Shown in pieces: positions 28,175 to 37,908 of a stretch of DNA of 64,000 nucleotides. A model generated the notes under the pieces. That model did no database searches. It was given only the letters and a program-made list of their open reading frames with translations, and was not told the DNA's origin. Made by a program: the position numbers and the translations under genes. Position 1 is the stretch's first letter; each line of letters starts with the position of its first letter. Source of the DNA: an uncultured virus (IMG/VR IMGVR_UViG_3300002133_000084) (lineage: Duplodnaviria; Heunggongvirae; Uroviricota; Caudoviricetes); IMG/VR virus record IMGVR_UViG_3300002133_000084; one strand, given 5' to 3'.

Positions 28175-28865
28175 TCAAGAAGAGTTGTATTGGAAATGGA
28201 AGCAGTCGGATCGCAGTGAGGATCTGTCTGAGCTAATCCAGTCCTTTGATCCTATGATCAAAAATAAAGTATTCCAGCTTGGATCTACAACTGTGCCTAA
28301 TTCTGCCGTAGAAGCAGAGGCCAAGAAAGAGGCTATCCAGGCATTTAAAACATGGGACAGCGACAAAGCTGGATTGTCTACACATGTGGGGAATAGGCTG
28401 CAGAAGGTGGATCGATATGTAATGGATCGCCAGTCAGCTGGGCGCATGCCAGAGCAGCATATATTGCAGATGGGGCAATTTAGGGAGGCGGAGGATAGGC
28501 TTAAGGAAGAGAAGGGGCGCGATGCCACCATGGACGAGCTAGCCGATCACCTCAAGTGGACGCCGGGGCACGTATCCAAGATACGGCGCTCTTCGCAGGG
28601 ATCTGTAAATATATCTATCGATCCATCCCTAGAGGAAGTGAACCCCAATTATGGGGGTGATTTTGCCATGGACGTTTCAATGAAATACGTCTATAGGGAT
28701 CTGTCTCCGCAAGAGCAGAAAGTATTCGATCACACCTTTGGATGGAATGGGGAATCTGAGAAGAAGACAAATAAAGATATTGCCATGGCTATGGGGGTAT
28801 CTGAATCATTGGTGCGCAAGGTAAAGGGCAAGATTTATAATCAAATGAAACCTTTTGTAGGGTAA
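28158..28865 (+). CDS. sigma70-family (group 3-like) RNA polymerase sigma factor
   Basis: region 2 AIQAFKTWDSDKAGLSTH; region 3 GRDATMDELADHL; region 4 LSPQEQKVF...KDIAMAMGVSESLVR. Confidence 0.85.
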   Translation: MHSRHSQEELYWKWKQSDRSEDLSELIQSFDPMIKNKVFQLGSTTVPNSAVEAEAKKEAIQAFKTWDSDKAGLSTHVGNRLQKVDRYVMDRQSAGRMPEQHILQMGQFREAEDRLKEEKGRDATMDELADHLKWTPGHVSKIRRSSQGSVNISIDPSLEEVNPNYGGDFAMDVSMKYVYRDLSPQEQKVFDHTFGWNGESEKKTNKDIAMAMGVSESLVRKVKGKIYNQMKPFVG

Positions 28866-28866
28866 T

Positions 28867-30648
28867 ATGCCATCTGAATTTACATATACCGATGTCGCTA
28901 AATTAATGAATGATGCTCTTAAGTCGCAGAAGGTGTATGCGGACACAATGAGATCCGTATATGAAGCAAGGATTTTGGTATCTGGCGCAAATAATAGCAA
29001 TGTTGAGTTGGCTAAAAAGATGTTCTCTTCCGGAATTCCTGGGGCCAACTCCGTTGCATCTAATTGGGCTAGTAGGGCCATAGCGGAGATGGCCACCGAC
29101 GAGCTGAATAAAATGATCTCTAAATTCAGCGTGTATCAAGCTGAGTTTCTAGATGAGAATTTATCTAAGGGATACCTCGGTAAGGCGAGTAGGAAGATAA
29201 CCAAAGCCTTGCACATAGGCGAGTCTGCTCATATGGCCATGGTGCAATATTTAGTCAATTCTGCTAGGGTGACAGTGGAATCGCAGATCAAGGACATTAA
29301 TTCACTATCTTCTTTAATTAGCAGCGCACTTGGCTTAATTGACGGAATAGCGGGAGGGGATCTCTATGCGCATGCACTTAAAAAAGTTAAAGAATCCACA
29401 GAGAAGATAGAGTTCGTTGAAATTGGACTAACTAAGGTTAGGGCCCGATTAGAGAATGACAATGTATTCGAGGCGTCTCGCTATGAGGACATGATGAGCC
29501 TGATGACTGAGGCCCAGTCTGCTCTTGCCTTAGGGGATAGCGATGAAAAAATCTTATCAAGAGAGCATAGGGAGATACTCCTAAAGGACGTGGGAGATCA
29601 ATTGCTTGACTTCTTGGACATCACGGTAAAGTCATTTGACTTAATGTCGGGCATAATAGATGGACATGAAGAGTTTAAAAGTAAGTCATCTGGGATAGTA
29701 GGGTTTGAGGGGCGATTGGCTTCAGCTATTAAAAGGGCCTCTCCTTATTTGGATGACATTGAAAATTTTATTAAGCGCATACGAAACACCAGAACGATCA
29801 TGGAGGAGTCTTCGAAAGATGACTCCAAAACTAAGTTTATATGCTACATCCCAAAGTGGATGGTACAATTAGGCTTAATTCGAGGGATGATCGATTTACA
29901 GCTAAACCCAGTTGTAATTGCCAGCTTGAAGGAGGGATCGGACGCCATACTAGCTCGCGAGGAATTTGTCGATCTAATCGCCAATCTTCAGGGACTAGAA
30001 ATGTATGACAAAATAAAAGATCCCATGCGCGAAGGGCAGGCGGCCATTGTGAAATTTGTCGATCTACTAAGCGGCGATGGAGATCCGGAAGAGGTTAAGA
30101 ATTCCCTCAAGAGCTATAATTCTTATTTGAGTGGGCTTATATATAAGTATACTCAGGCCGAAGATGCCCTATCTGGGGTGGATGGAAATACATCCGAAGA
30201 CATAGATGAGCTATTGGAATTGTTTGCTATATCTGAGCCGGCTCTATCTGGGTGGAAGAAACTCTTCGACATGGGGCGTATTGATTTACTGGCAGATCTA
30301 AATTTGACTCTTGCTACGCAAGGGGGACTCATGGGGTTCGCCATGCAATCGCTGGATCTTTCGAGGGTTCCAAGATTAAAGTCGTATTTCGATAAGCTGG
30401 TAAATTATGCAATAGAATTGAAAGAAGAGCAGGAGGCTGAATCTGAGGCCACTGAAGAGCAGCAAGCATCTGATGTAGAAGCGCTTGAGCGCGAGCGTGA
30501 TAAATATGAACAGATGTCCCTTGACACCGAAAAAGGCCTGGCTGCAGTTGAAGATCTAGAGGCCCTTGAGGAGCAGATAAAGGGAACTCTCCCCCCCGAT
30601 GAATATTTATCCTCACGTCAGCGCTCCCTAGTATCATTTGGGCAATAA
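28867..30648 (+). CDS. hypothetical helical protein
   Basis: 593 aa ORF in the baseplate region. Confidence 0.6.
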   Translation: MPSEFTYTDVAKLMNDALKSQKVYADTMRSVYEARILVSGANNSNVELAKKMFSSGIPGANSVASNWASRAIAEMATDELNKMISKFSVYQAEFLDENLSKGYLGKASRKITKALHIGESAHMAMVQYLVNSARVTVESQIKDINSLSSLISSALGLIDGIAGGDLYAHALKKVKESTEKIEFVEIGLTKVRARLENDNVFEASRYEDMMSLMTEAQSALALGDSDEKILSREHREILLKDVGDQLLDFLDITVKSFDLMSGIIDGHEEFKSKSSGIVGFEGRLASAIKRASPYLDDIENFIKRIRNTRTIMEESSKDDSKTKFICYIPKWMVQLGLIRGMIDLQLNPVVIASLKEGSDAILAREEFVDLIANLQGLEMYDKIKDPMREGQAAIVKFVDLLSGDGDPEEVKNSLKSYNSYLSGLIYKYTQAEDALSGVDGNTSEDIDELLELFAISEPALSGWKKLFDMGRIDLLADLNLTLATQGGLMGFAMQSLDLSRVPRLKSYFDKLVNYAIELKEEQEAESEATEEQQASDVEALERERDKYEQMSLDTEKGLAAVEDLEALEEQIKGTLPPDEYLSSRQRSLVSFGQ

Positions 30649-30650
30649 TA

Positions 30651-31067
30651 ATGATGAAAATAATTCACAAGGAAGAGAACCCCGATGGGAGCTATCGATA
30701 TAAATTCAAATTGCCATCGGGCTCTGGCCGAGTTACTGGTATTGATGCGCTAATACAGTCGGTTATTATGACGTGGATGACTACGCGCGGGCGCGACGAG
30801 AAGGACTTGGAGTGGGGCGGCGGAATGATGAACATCTTTCGCAACTTGGGTGACTACCCGGATATACCCGTCCTATCATCCGCTATAGCAAGCTCTGTAT
30901 CGACAACAGAAAATTTAATCATTACAGATCAAGCTAAAAGGAATTTACCCGAATCACAAAAGCTGTCCAAGCTCAACTTGTTAGCTGTAAATATTGAAAA
31001 TGGACGTCCGTCTATACAAGTGGAAATTACAAATGTGGCCGGAGAATCTTCTGCCATTACTCTGTAG
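30651..31067 (+). CDS. gp25-like baseplate wedge protein
   Basis: GIDALIQ...MTTRG...EWGGG motif; precedes the J-like gene. Confidence 0.7.
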   Translation: MMKIIHKEENPDGSYRYKFKLPSGSGRVTGIDALIQSVIMTWMTTRGRDEKDLEWGGGMMNIFRNLGDYPDIPVLSSAIASSVSTTENLIITDQAKRNLPESQKLSKLNLLAVNIENGRPSIQVEITNVAGESSAITL

Positions 31068-31073
31068 GAAGCT

Positions 31074-34000
31074 ATGAACGATATTGATTTTTTAATACAG
31101 AAAATACTAGAAGATAATCCGAGGGCTGAGGTGCGCCCAGGATCAGCGCAAAGAGACTTGCTTATCGTTCCGCACTCCAAATTGCTGGAGCCAGTGGAGG
31201 AAGAGCGATCCACTATTGCGCGCGCGCAGTCCATAGCGAATTATGCCACTATGACGGATGAGGAGATGGATGCACTGGCAGCCAACTTCTTCATCTATAG
31301 GGACGGTGGGGTAAATGCTCGAACACAGGTTAAGGTAGGATTCTCTTCTCCTACCTCTGTTGAGTTGAAGGCCGGCGACACATTCCAAAACTCCGATAGC
31401 ACCAAAGAGTATTCACTTGAGTCGGATTACTATATATCCTCCTCGTCTATGTCCAGCAATCTGGAGTCGGACGGACTGTACTATACCGCCCTTTTGGACG
31501 TGGTGGCAACATCACCTGGCGATGAGTATTCAGTTGATGCCGACGAGTTGATAGAGATGCCATTGGGGCCCGTCAGCCTATCGAGGGTGACAAATCCAAC
31601 GGCCTCTTCCTATGGCTGGCACAAGGAAACTAACGCCGAGCTGTTTGCGCGCATACCTGATTCTATATCTACGCGACAGATCTTAAATACGCCCGGCACA
31701 CGATCGCGATTAATAGAGCAGTTTAGGCATATACAGGAAATTTTCCTTGTTGGCCACGGCCACTCATTAATGAAGAGAGATGAAACTTTTGAGCACTCTT
31801 CAACGGGTGGAGCCTCCATCTTACCGGTATCCAATTTCTATGGCAAGCTCCGCGGCGACACTAATAATAGGAATAAGGCCTATCAGTTGGTTTCTACAAA
31901 AGTAGAGCCGGATATAGCTGATTTCGGTTTGGAGGTGAGTCAGCTTGATTACACGAAGATGTATCGAGTTAACGACTCATCCTCAGCGGCGCTTAGCACC
32001 AACGTTCTATTTGAGGATGACTTTACTCGCTCTGGTGAATTTGTCCCCGCCACAGCCTATTTGACACTGGACTCGGATGGGACGGCCGTCGTAGAAGTGG
32101 ATACGCCAGCCCTATTCAATATTGGTGATCTTGTCCGATTGATCGATGATGACACGGCTGAAGTGCAGCGCATCATACTCGATATATCAGAGAAGAATAT
32201 CACCTTTACTGATGTGGTGGATAACAATCTGGAAACAGCCCAAAACGCGCGCGTCGAACGTGTCCTGCGCGACGAAGATGTGGGCAATGAGTGGTTTGAA
32301 TCTGATCATACCCTTAATCTGGGCATAGAAGTAGATGGGCCACAGGCTACCGTTGACTCTGGAAAGCTGGTTCTAGGGAAGGCATCTTACGCTACGGACA
32401 ATACATTACATGGGGTATCTGACGCAGCTCTAGAGGACAGCATTGAAGAGGTTATTAAGACGGCCCTGATGAATGCCGGGTATAACCCATCCGATACGGC
32501 TGATGTAAAGACAGAGGTTGAGAACTTAACCTATATCGTCAATACGGAAACCACCGGTGATACGCTATTGGCTGCGGCCACCATTAATGTTACGTCCACC
32601 GCTGGATTTGATACCAGCGGCTTCGCCTACATAGATGGAACCAGATTTGATTATACGGGCGTAACGGGCACATCGTTCACTGGCTGTAGTGGTGGAGTGC
32701 CAGCCACCACGGCGCCCGTTGATGTAGAGCAGGGTATCATCCCATCCATTAAAGCCAATCAGGTTATCTCCGTGTCTCCTGTTGTGCAGCGCTACCTAGA
32801 GCAGCAAAATGGACTGCGCATCACTGCTACTATGAGCACCACTGACACTTCAGCTGAGGGTAAATTTTCCTACATACTAACGAGGAAGAAGAATACCAAC
32901 CCAGCCAGCTATTACTATGGCTTTGGCATGGCTTGGCGCATCTCAAAGGCGGATACAGGGACAACCACTACAACAACCGCTGTTACCGCGCTGGACGCCA
33001 CGGATGTTAATGTGGCATCAACTGCTGGATTCTCTTCATCTGGAGTGGCCATACTAGACGGAACACCCTTCTCGTATACTGGAATTACGGCCACCTCATT
33101 TACTGGATGTGTGGGCGTTGTGGCTACAACCAACCCAGTGAATGTGAATCCATCTTTGCCAAATGTTTATTTGGTGGATAATGGCGACTTGCCCAATAAT
33201 GCCAATGCATACCTGGCAAGGGCCACCACATTGATGAAGGCTAATACAGATTATTCAGTAGAGATCTTGATTACCCCTCCGACGCCCGGAGATTTAGTAG
33301 ATGAGTCATCTGCTGTTGAGATTCGCGTATGGGAAACATCTGGATCGCGTCCAGTTAGCCCCACCTTATCCTATGGCGCCTATGTCCCATCGTCTGCGCG
33401 CGGGGGATACGAGGAAGATGATATGTTTGGCATATCGGTATATGACTGCAATGGGGATCAATGGTATTACGACGATTTAAAAATTGAGTCCGTGCAGGCC
33501 ACGTATCCACACTACCTACTTCGATTCGATGCGGCTGCCTTCTCTGATAAATTTAAGGTGTCCGTAACCGGTAGGGCATGGGGTGAAGTGGAGGAAGTTC
33601 AGACGTATGGGATGGCAGTGAAGGTGTGGGACGATAGTTCGTCTGGCTGGGTTGATGTGGGCACGTACACCGGAACCTCTCTTGGAACAATTGAGACGGT
33701 TAGTGGATATGATGCGGCAGACTACTCTGATGTCAACGGGTATGTATACGTCATGGTTTCTGGGCAAAATCCCTGGGGAACAGTGCGGGATGCCCAGCTA
33801 GAAGTAGACTATGCCTCCATCTTTGATGATGGCATCACGGGGGTACATGTTGGCAATAAGGTGGATGCTTACATGCGATCCGTAGATCAGATACAGAGCG
33901 GATTTGTGGATATAAACTCAATTCAAGATATCGAGTATGTAAATGTTGCGCAGGGGTTTTCCTTACCCGTAGCATCCATTGACGCTGTGTTTCTGTTGGA

Positions 34001-34535
34001 CATCGATGGGGAGCCAATAGGGAACCCACTGGTAGAGGGGACGGATTATTCACTAACCATTGTGCGCCCCGAGATGCGCTTCTCTGCCTCTGAGCACAAT
34101 GCTCTGACTTTCCCGTCCGCTCGCGTGGGATCCAATGTTCGCGTGTACTATTCCTACTTCCAGTACATAAGCGCCATTCAGGATTTCATTGACAGTGAGG
34201 CTCAACGATTAACGGCAGCCGAAGTTTTAGCCAAGGCCTTTATTCCTGCCTACGTAGACTTTACAGTGCAAGCTGGCGGGTATGGTATATCCGATGATCA
34301 AATGGAAGATGCGATTGTCGAGTTTATAAATGGACTAGGCACAACATTGGAAGTATCGGACGTAACAACAGAGATAGCTACGCAGGGGGCAACTTCTATT
34401 GTATTGCCGCTGACGATATCTGTGGAAGTCCATTCTAACGATGGACTAAAGACGTCAAATTCAGTTACAAACTCTCTCACAGTAGAGGAAAATGTGCGCT
34501 ATATCGCTCGCGACATCAACGTTGTTAGAATTTAA
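31074..34535 (+). CDS. baseplate J-like wedge protein with large insertion
   Basis: RPGSAQRDLL, MDALAANFF-x-x-R, VTNP...ETNAEL; internal ~55-aa duplication (NV-x-STAGF...YTG-x-T-x-TSFTGC). Confidence 0.8.
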   Translation: MNDIDFLIQKILEDNPRAEVRPGSAQRDLLIVPHSKLLEPVEEERSTIARAQSIANYATMTDEEMDALAANFFIYRDGGVNARTQVKVGFSSPTSVELKAGDTFQNSDSTKEYSLESDYYISSSSMSSNLESDGLYYTALLDVVATSPGDEYSVDADELIEMPLGPVSLSRVTNPTASSYGWHKETNAELFARIPDSISTRQILNTPGTRSRLIEQFRHIQEIFLVGHGHSLMKRDETFEHSSTGGASILPVSNFYGKLRGDTNNRNKAYQLVSTKVEPDIADFGLEVSQLDYTKMYRVNDSSSAALSTNVLFEDDFTRSGEFVPATAYLTLDSDGTAVVEVDTPALFNIGDLVRLIDDDTAEVQRIILDISEKNITFTDVVDNNLETAQNARVERVLRDEDVGNEWFESDHTLNLGIEVDGPQATVDSGKLVLGKASYATDNTLHGVSDAALEDSIEEVIKTALMNAGYNPSDTADVKTEVENLTYIVNTETTGDTLLAAATINVTSTAGFDTSGFAYIDGTRFDYTGVTGTSFTGCSGGVPATTAPVDVEQGIIPSIKANQVISVSPVVQRYLEQQNGLRITATMSTTDTSAEGKFSYILTRKKNTNPASYYYGFGMAWRISKADTGTTTTTTAVTALDATDVNVASTAGFSSSGVAILDGTPFSYTGITATSFTGCVGVVATTNPVNVNPSLPNVYLVDNGDLPNNANAYLARATTLMKANTDYSVEILITPPTPGDLVDESSAVEIRVWETSGSRPVSPTLSYGAYVPSSARGGYEEDDMFGISVYDCNGDQWYYDDLKIESVQATYPHYLLRFDAAAFSDKFKVSVTGRAWGEVEEVQTYGMAVKVWDDSSSGWVDVGTYTGTSLGTIETVSGYDAADYSDVNGYVYVMVSGQNPWGTVRDAQLEVDYASIFDDGITGVHVGNKVDAYMRSVDQIQSGFVDINSIQDIEYVNVAQGFSLPVASIDAVFLLDIDGEPIGNPLVEGTDYSLTIVRPEMRFSASEHNALTFPSARVGSNVRVYYSYFQYISAIQDFIDSEAQRLTAAEVLAKAFIPAYVDFTVQAGGYGISDDQMEDAIVEFINGLGTTLEVSDVTTEIATQGATSIVLPLTISVEVHSNDGLKTSNSVTNSLTVEENVRYIARDINVVRI

Positions 34536-34546
34536 GGACAATAAAC

Positions 34547-34807
34547 ATGGATAAGGTTGCAGGGTTTTTTTCTAAAATTAAGAAGATGATGGCTGGTAGT
34601 GGGGCCCAACCAATGGGCCATGCTCAGCTATTAGCCAAATCTAAAGCGGCGAGGGGAGTAGCTGATTACAAGGCCCCATCCGTTGGTAGTAGAAAGGCTG
34701 GATTTTATCCCACTGGAAAGGAATTGAAGCGCCAGAGCTTACGCCAAGAAAATCCAGGGATGGCCATACCAAGTGAAAATGCACTAAGTGGATGGAAGCG
34801 CAGGTAA
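34547..34807 (+). CDS. small basic protein with minimal leader
   Basis: MDKVA then amphipathic GFFSKIKKMMAG. Confidence 0.6.
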   Translation: MDKVAGFFSKIKKMMAGSGAQPMGHAQLLAKSKAARGVADYKAPSVGSRKAGFYPTGKELKRQSLRQENPGMAIPSENALSGWKRR

Positions 34808-35646
34808 TGTTCTTTGAGTCTTTCTCGCGCGAGATGAATAAACTTGCCGCCGAATTTGGGCATAGGACATCTGAGGCCGGGTTTCACTCTATGATTCAGT
34901 CTGGAAAGATTGTATCTGGACTAGAGGCCGCTTTAACAGATAAGCTGGATACATTCGAGAGTGGATATGTTGCAGGGCAGCGCGAACCAATAAAGGCATT
35001 AAACCTCTCGTCGGAAGAGTTGTTGCTATTGGACGTGACAACGGAATCTGATTCACCCATTGCGCGTAGCGATGTATTAAGATCGATCGCTGAAGAGAGG
35101 GGGGTATCAGAGCAGCAGGTAGCCTTTTCCCATTTGAAGAGTCGCTATAGGGAGGCCTTGGATAGATTGCGCGGAATACATCTTGAGCACGGTGGAGAGC
35201 ACGCAGATATAGCTAGGGCGAAAAGCTATGGAATTAGCAAACTTACACCCTATATATTCGCCAATAAGGGCGGATTAATGCCAACTGATCGTGGTTATGG
35301 GGAATTTGGCATTTTATTTAATTCCAAGAAGTTCTCCAACTCTGGAAAATGGAATACGGTGCCCAACGAACACATATCTCTCCCTGATTACAAGAATAGA
35401 AAATTGCCCCACGTACCACTGGGCAGGGCAACCTTCGTTGTACCCGATAATAGATTGGATGAGATTCAGGCAATGTATCCAGAGAGAAGGATAGTTCCAG
35501 AGTCCAGTGTGGGCGATCGGATCTTATCAGAAGAGTCCCCCTTAAGTGCCAGGTATTGGCTTAGGGCCAAGAAGACGGTTGGTAGATTGCTGTCTGGATC
35601 GGGTATTGGCAGTGAATACTTTGATCGAAAGATGAAGGCTGAGTAA
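34807..35646 (+). CDS. leader-tagged protein, possible ADP-ribosyltransferase-like fold
   Basis: ATG at 34807 gives MFFESFSREMNKLA; H-x-T...I-x-x-S-G-x-I-x-S start, YIF, YG-x-x-x-I-x-F, NEH. Confidence 0.5.
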   Translation: MFFESFSREMNKLAAEFGHRTSEAGFHSMIQSGKIVSGLEAALTDKLDTFESGYVAGQREPIKALNLSSEELLLLDVTTESDSPIARSDVLRSIAEERGVSEQQVAFSHLKSRYREALDRLRGIHLEHGGEHADIARAKSYGISKLTPYIFANKGGLMPTDRGYGEFGILFNSKKFSNSGKWNTVPNEHISLPDYKNRKLPHVPLGRATFVVPDNRLDEIQAMYPERRIVPESSVGDRILSEESPLSARYWLRAKKTVGRLLSGSGIGSEYFDRKMKAE

Positions 35647-37046
35647 TGTTTTTCGATGCATTTAAATTAGAGCTCGAAAAACTGGCCACGGAATTGCGTC
35701 CACACCAGGAAGAGGCTATTAGAGCTCTATCTAAGTCTGATGCACTTTTACTGTATCATGGGCTGGGATCCGGAAAGACGCTCACGTCCCTATCAGCGGC
35801 CGATCGCCTCGGATTGCCCCTCACTATGGTGGGGCCAGCGGCATTAAAACACAATCTCCCCAAGGAAAAGGAAAAGCATAGCATAAAAGCCGATGCCAAC
35901 TTCTACACCTACAACAAGCCCCCCGAGCAGGGCGGCGGCATTGTGGCCTTTGATGAGGCGCATCGCATGGGGCAAATATCATCTAAAAGATCTCGCCTTG
36001 TAGATATACTGGAAGGCGATAAGAAGCTCTTGATGACGGGTACGCCTATACGCAATAGGCCATCTGAGTTGATACCCATCATGCGCGGCCTGAACATAGA
36101 CGTTCCCAGGGACGTTAAGGCCTTTAACGATAAGTACATTGAAGAAATTGAAGAGGATCCAGGATTCTTCGCCCGAGTATTTAGGGATGTAAAGCCGGGC
36201 GTTAAGTTTAAGGGAAAGAATCTTAAAGAACTAGGAGACTTACTCACTGGCAAGGTGCACTATCATGCCACTGGAACCGATGGATTCCCCTCCGTAGTAG
36301 AAGAGGAGATCTTAGTGGACATGACAGATAAGCAGCAAAGTGCACACGATATGGCCATGAAGAATAATCCATCCCTTGCGTATAAGATTAGAAATGGAAT
36401 AGCCCCATCGAAGACGGAAAGCACCCAGCTCAATGCCTTTCTAACGGCTTCGAGGCAAATATCCAATATACCGGGTAGCTACAATCTTTCAGCTACAAGT
36501 GAAGATGCGCCCAAGATACAGCGCGCGGCCGATGAGGTGATAAAGCACCGTAGAGATAATCCCAATTATCGCGGCGTAACCTATTCAAACTTCATCGATC
36601 ACGGCATTCGCCCAATGGCCGATGAGCTTGGGCGCCGCGGTGTTTCGTATGGCGAATTTACCGGATCACTAACCGACAAAGAAAAGGCCCGCATCATAAG
36701 TTCGTTTAATAGCGGTGAAATAGAACATCTATTGATATCTGGCGCGGGCGCGGAGGGCTTAGATCTCAAGGGTGTGCGCCTTATGCAGCTAATGGAGCCC
36801 CACTGGAATGAGGCTGTATTAGATCAGGCGGCCGGCAGGGCAATTCGCATGGGATCCCATGATCACCTGCCGGAAGATGAGCGATCTGTAACTGTGCAAA
36901 ACCTAATAGCTCGCCCCAAAGAGACTGGATTGTTATTCAAGAGTCGCGATAAGGCTACCGATGAATACCTGCGCGATAGGGCGAGCGAAAAACAAGAGCT
37001 GAACAATCAATTCTTAGACGTATTGAGACGGGTGGGATCTAAATAA
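35646..37046 (+). CDS. leader-tagged SF2 (SNF2/NPH-I-like) helicase
   Basis: MFFDAFKLELEKLA leader; HGLGSGKT, DEAH, TGTP, AEGLDL, QAAGRAIR. Confidence 0.9.
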   Translation: MFFDAFKLELEKLATELRPHQEEAIRALSKSDALLLYHGLGSGKTLTSLSAADRLGLPLTMVGPAALKHNLPKEKEKHSIKADANFYTYNKPPEQGGGIVAFDEAHRMGQISSKRSRLVDILEGDKKLLMTGTPIRNRPSELIPIMRGLNIDVPRDVKAFNDKYIEEIEEDPGFFARVFRDVKPGVKFKGKNLKELGDLLTGKVHYHATGTDGFPSVVEEEILVDMTDKQQSAHDMAMKNNPSLAYKIRNGIAPSKTESTQLNAFLTASRQISNIPGSYNLSATSEDAPKIQRAADEVIKHRRDNPNYRGVTYSNFIDHGIRPMADELGRRGVSYGEFTGSLTDKEKARIISSFNSGEIEHLLISGAGAEGLDLKGVRLMQLMEPHWNEAVLDQAAGRAIRMGSHDHLPEDERSVTVQNLIARPKETGLLFKSRDKATDEYLRDRASEKQELNNQFLDVLRRVGSK

Positions 37047-37738
37047 TGATTAATGAAAAATTCTTCAATGGTATGCAGAAGTTAGCGTTTAACCTCAGAG
37101 ATGCCAGTAAGGTGAGTCGAGTTTTTAAGGCTAGGCAGATTCCTCAAAAGAATCTACATAAAGATATGATTGGGGAGTTCGTTGGATACAACAAAGATGT
37201 AAAGGGCTTTGCTGCAGCCACCGGCCAGGATGTCAATCAGATAATGAATACGCAAAAGGGAATTGGAGTATCCCCAGGAAAAGTGAGAGCCCCCAAGAAG
37301 GGTGATGCCCTTAGATTTTTTAGAGGAACCGCATCTAAGATGAATGGAGTAGATTTAGGCCCAAAGGTAGAATTCACTGGACGTCAAAGAAGGATGCTAG
37401 ATGGAGTGACGAAAGGGCATGAAGTTGATGAAACAATAGTAAAAAACAAAGCAGAATTTATGCCACTTGGACATTTGTCTCCGGACGTGATCTTGAGGGA
37501 GCATAATAAGATCGTCACAATGCCGGAAGAATTTGAGCCAGTTAGGAGATTCCTGCGAAAGGTTAGGAATACTCTCGGAGAGGCGCCAGTCGCCGAGGCC
37601 CATATGAACAATGCCTCTGGGCCTAAGGGTTTCACATATGGTAGAGGGCAAAGGCTTAGTAGGCATGCCAGAAAAAGAATGACAGATATTTTAGAGAGAA
37701 AAAATAACGAGATGATTGCAGCTCAGGCTGCGGAATAA
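37046..37738 (+). CDS. leader-tagged basic protein of unknown function
   Basis: MINEKFFNGMQKLA leader; GHEVDE, GH and REH clusters. Confidence 0.7.
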   Translation: MINEKFFNGMQKLAFNLRDASKVSRVFKARQIPQKNLHKDMIGEFVGYNKDVKGFAAATGQDVNQIMNTQKGIGVSPGKVRAPKKGDALRFFRGTASKMNGVDLGPKVEFTGRQRRMLDGVTKGHEVDETIVKNKAEFMPLGHLSPDVILREHNKIVTMPEEFEPVRRFLRKVRNTLGEAPVAEAHMNNASGPKGFTYGRGQRLSRHARKRMTDILERKNNEMIAAQAAE

Positions 37739-37755
37739 TATGTGGGATCTGAATA

Positions 37756-37905
37756 ATGGCTGACGTTAAAAAGCTGTGGAACTTTATATCTGACGCATGG
37801 CTCCTTATGGATCGAGCCGACAGGCGATCCATCGAGCAGCTGTGGGCTGGATATCAGGAAATAATTGCACAGCTATCTATTAATCTCAATACGGGTGGGA
37901 TCTAA
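37756..37905 (+). pseudogene. truncated duplicate of the 5' end of gene 38121 (49 aa)
   Basis: first 45 codons match 38121-38255 with 4 synonymous differences, then run into a copy of 37028-37053. Confidence 0.85.
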
Positions 37906-37908
37906 ATA

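Noticed and set aside
15014..34535. Extracellular contractile injection system or tailocin instead of a phage
   Set aside because: Protease, scaffold-like and capsid-like genes plus phage accessory genes indicate a head-bearing phage.
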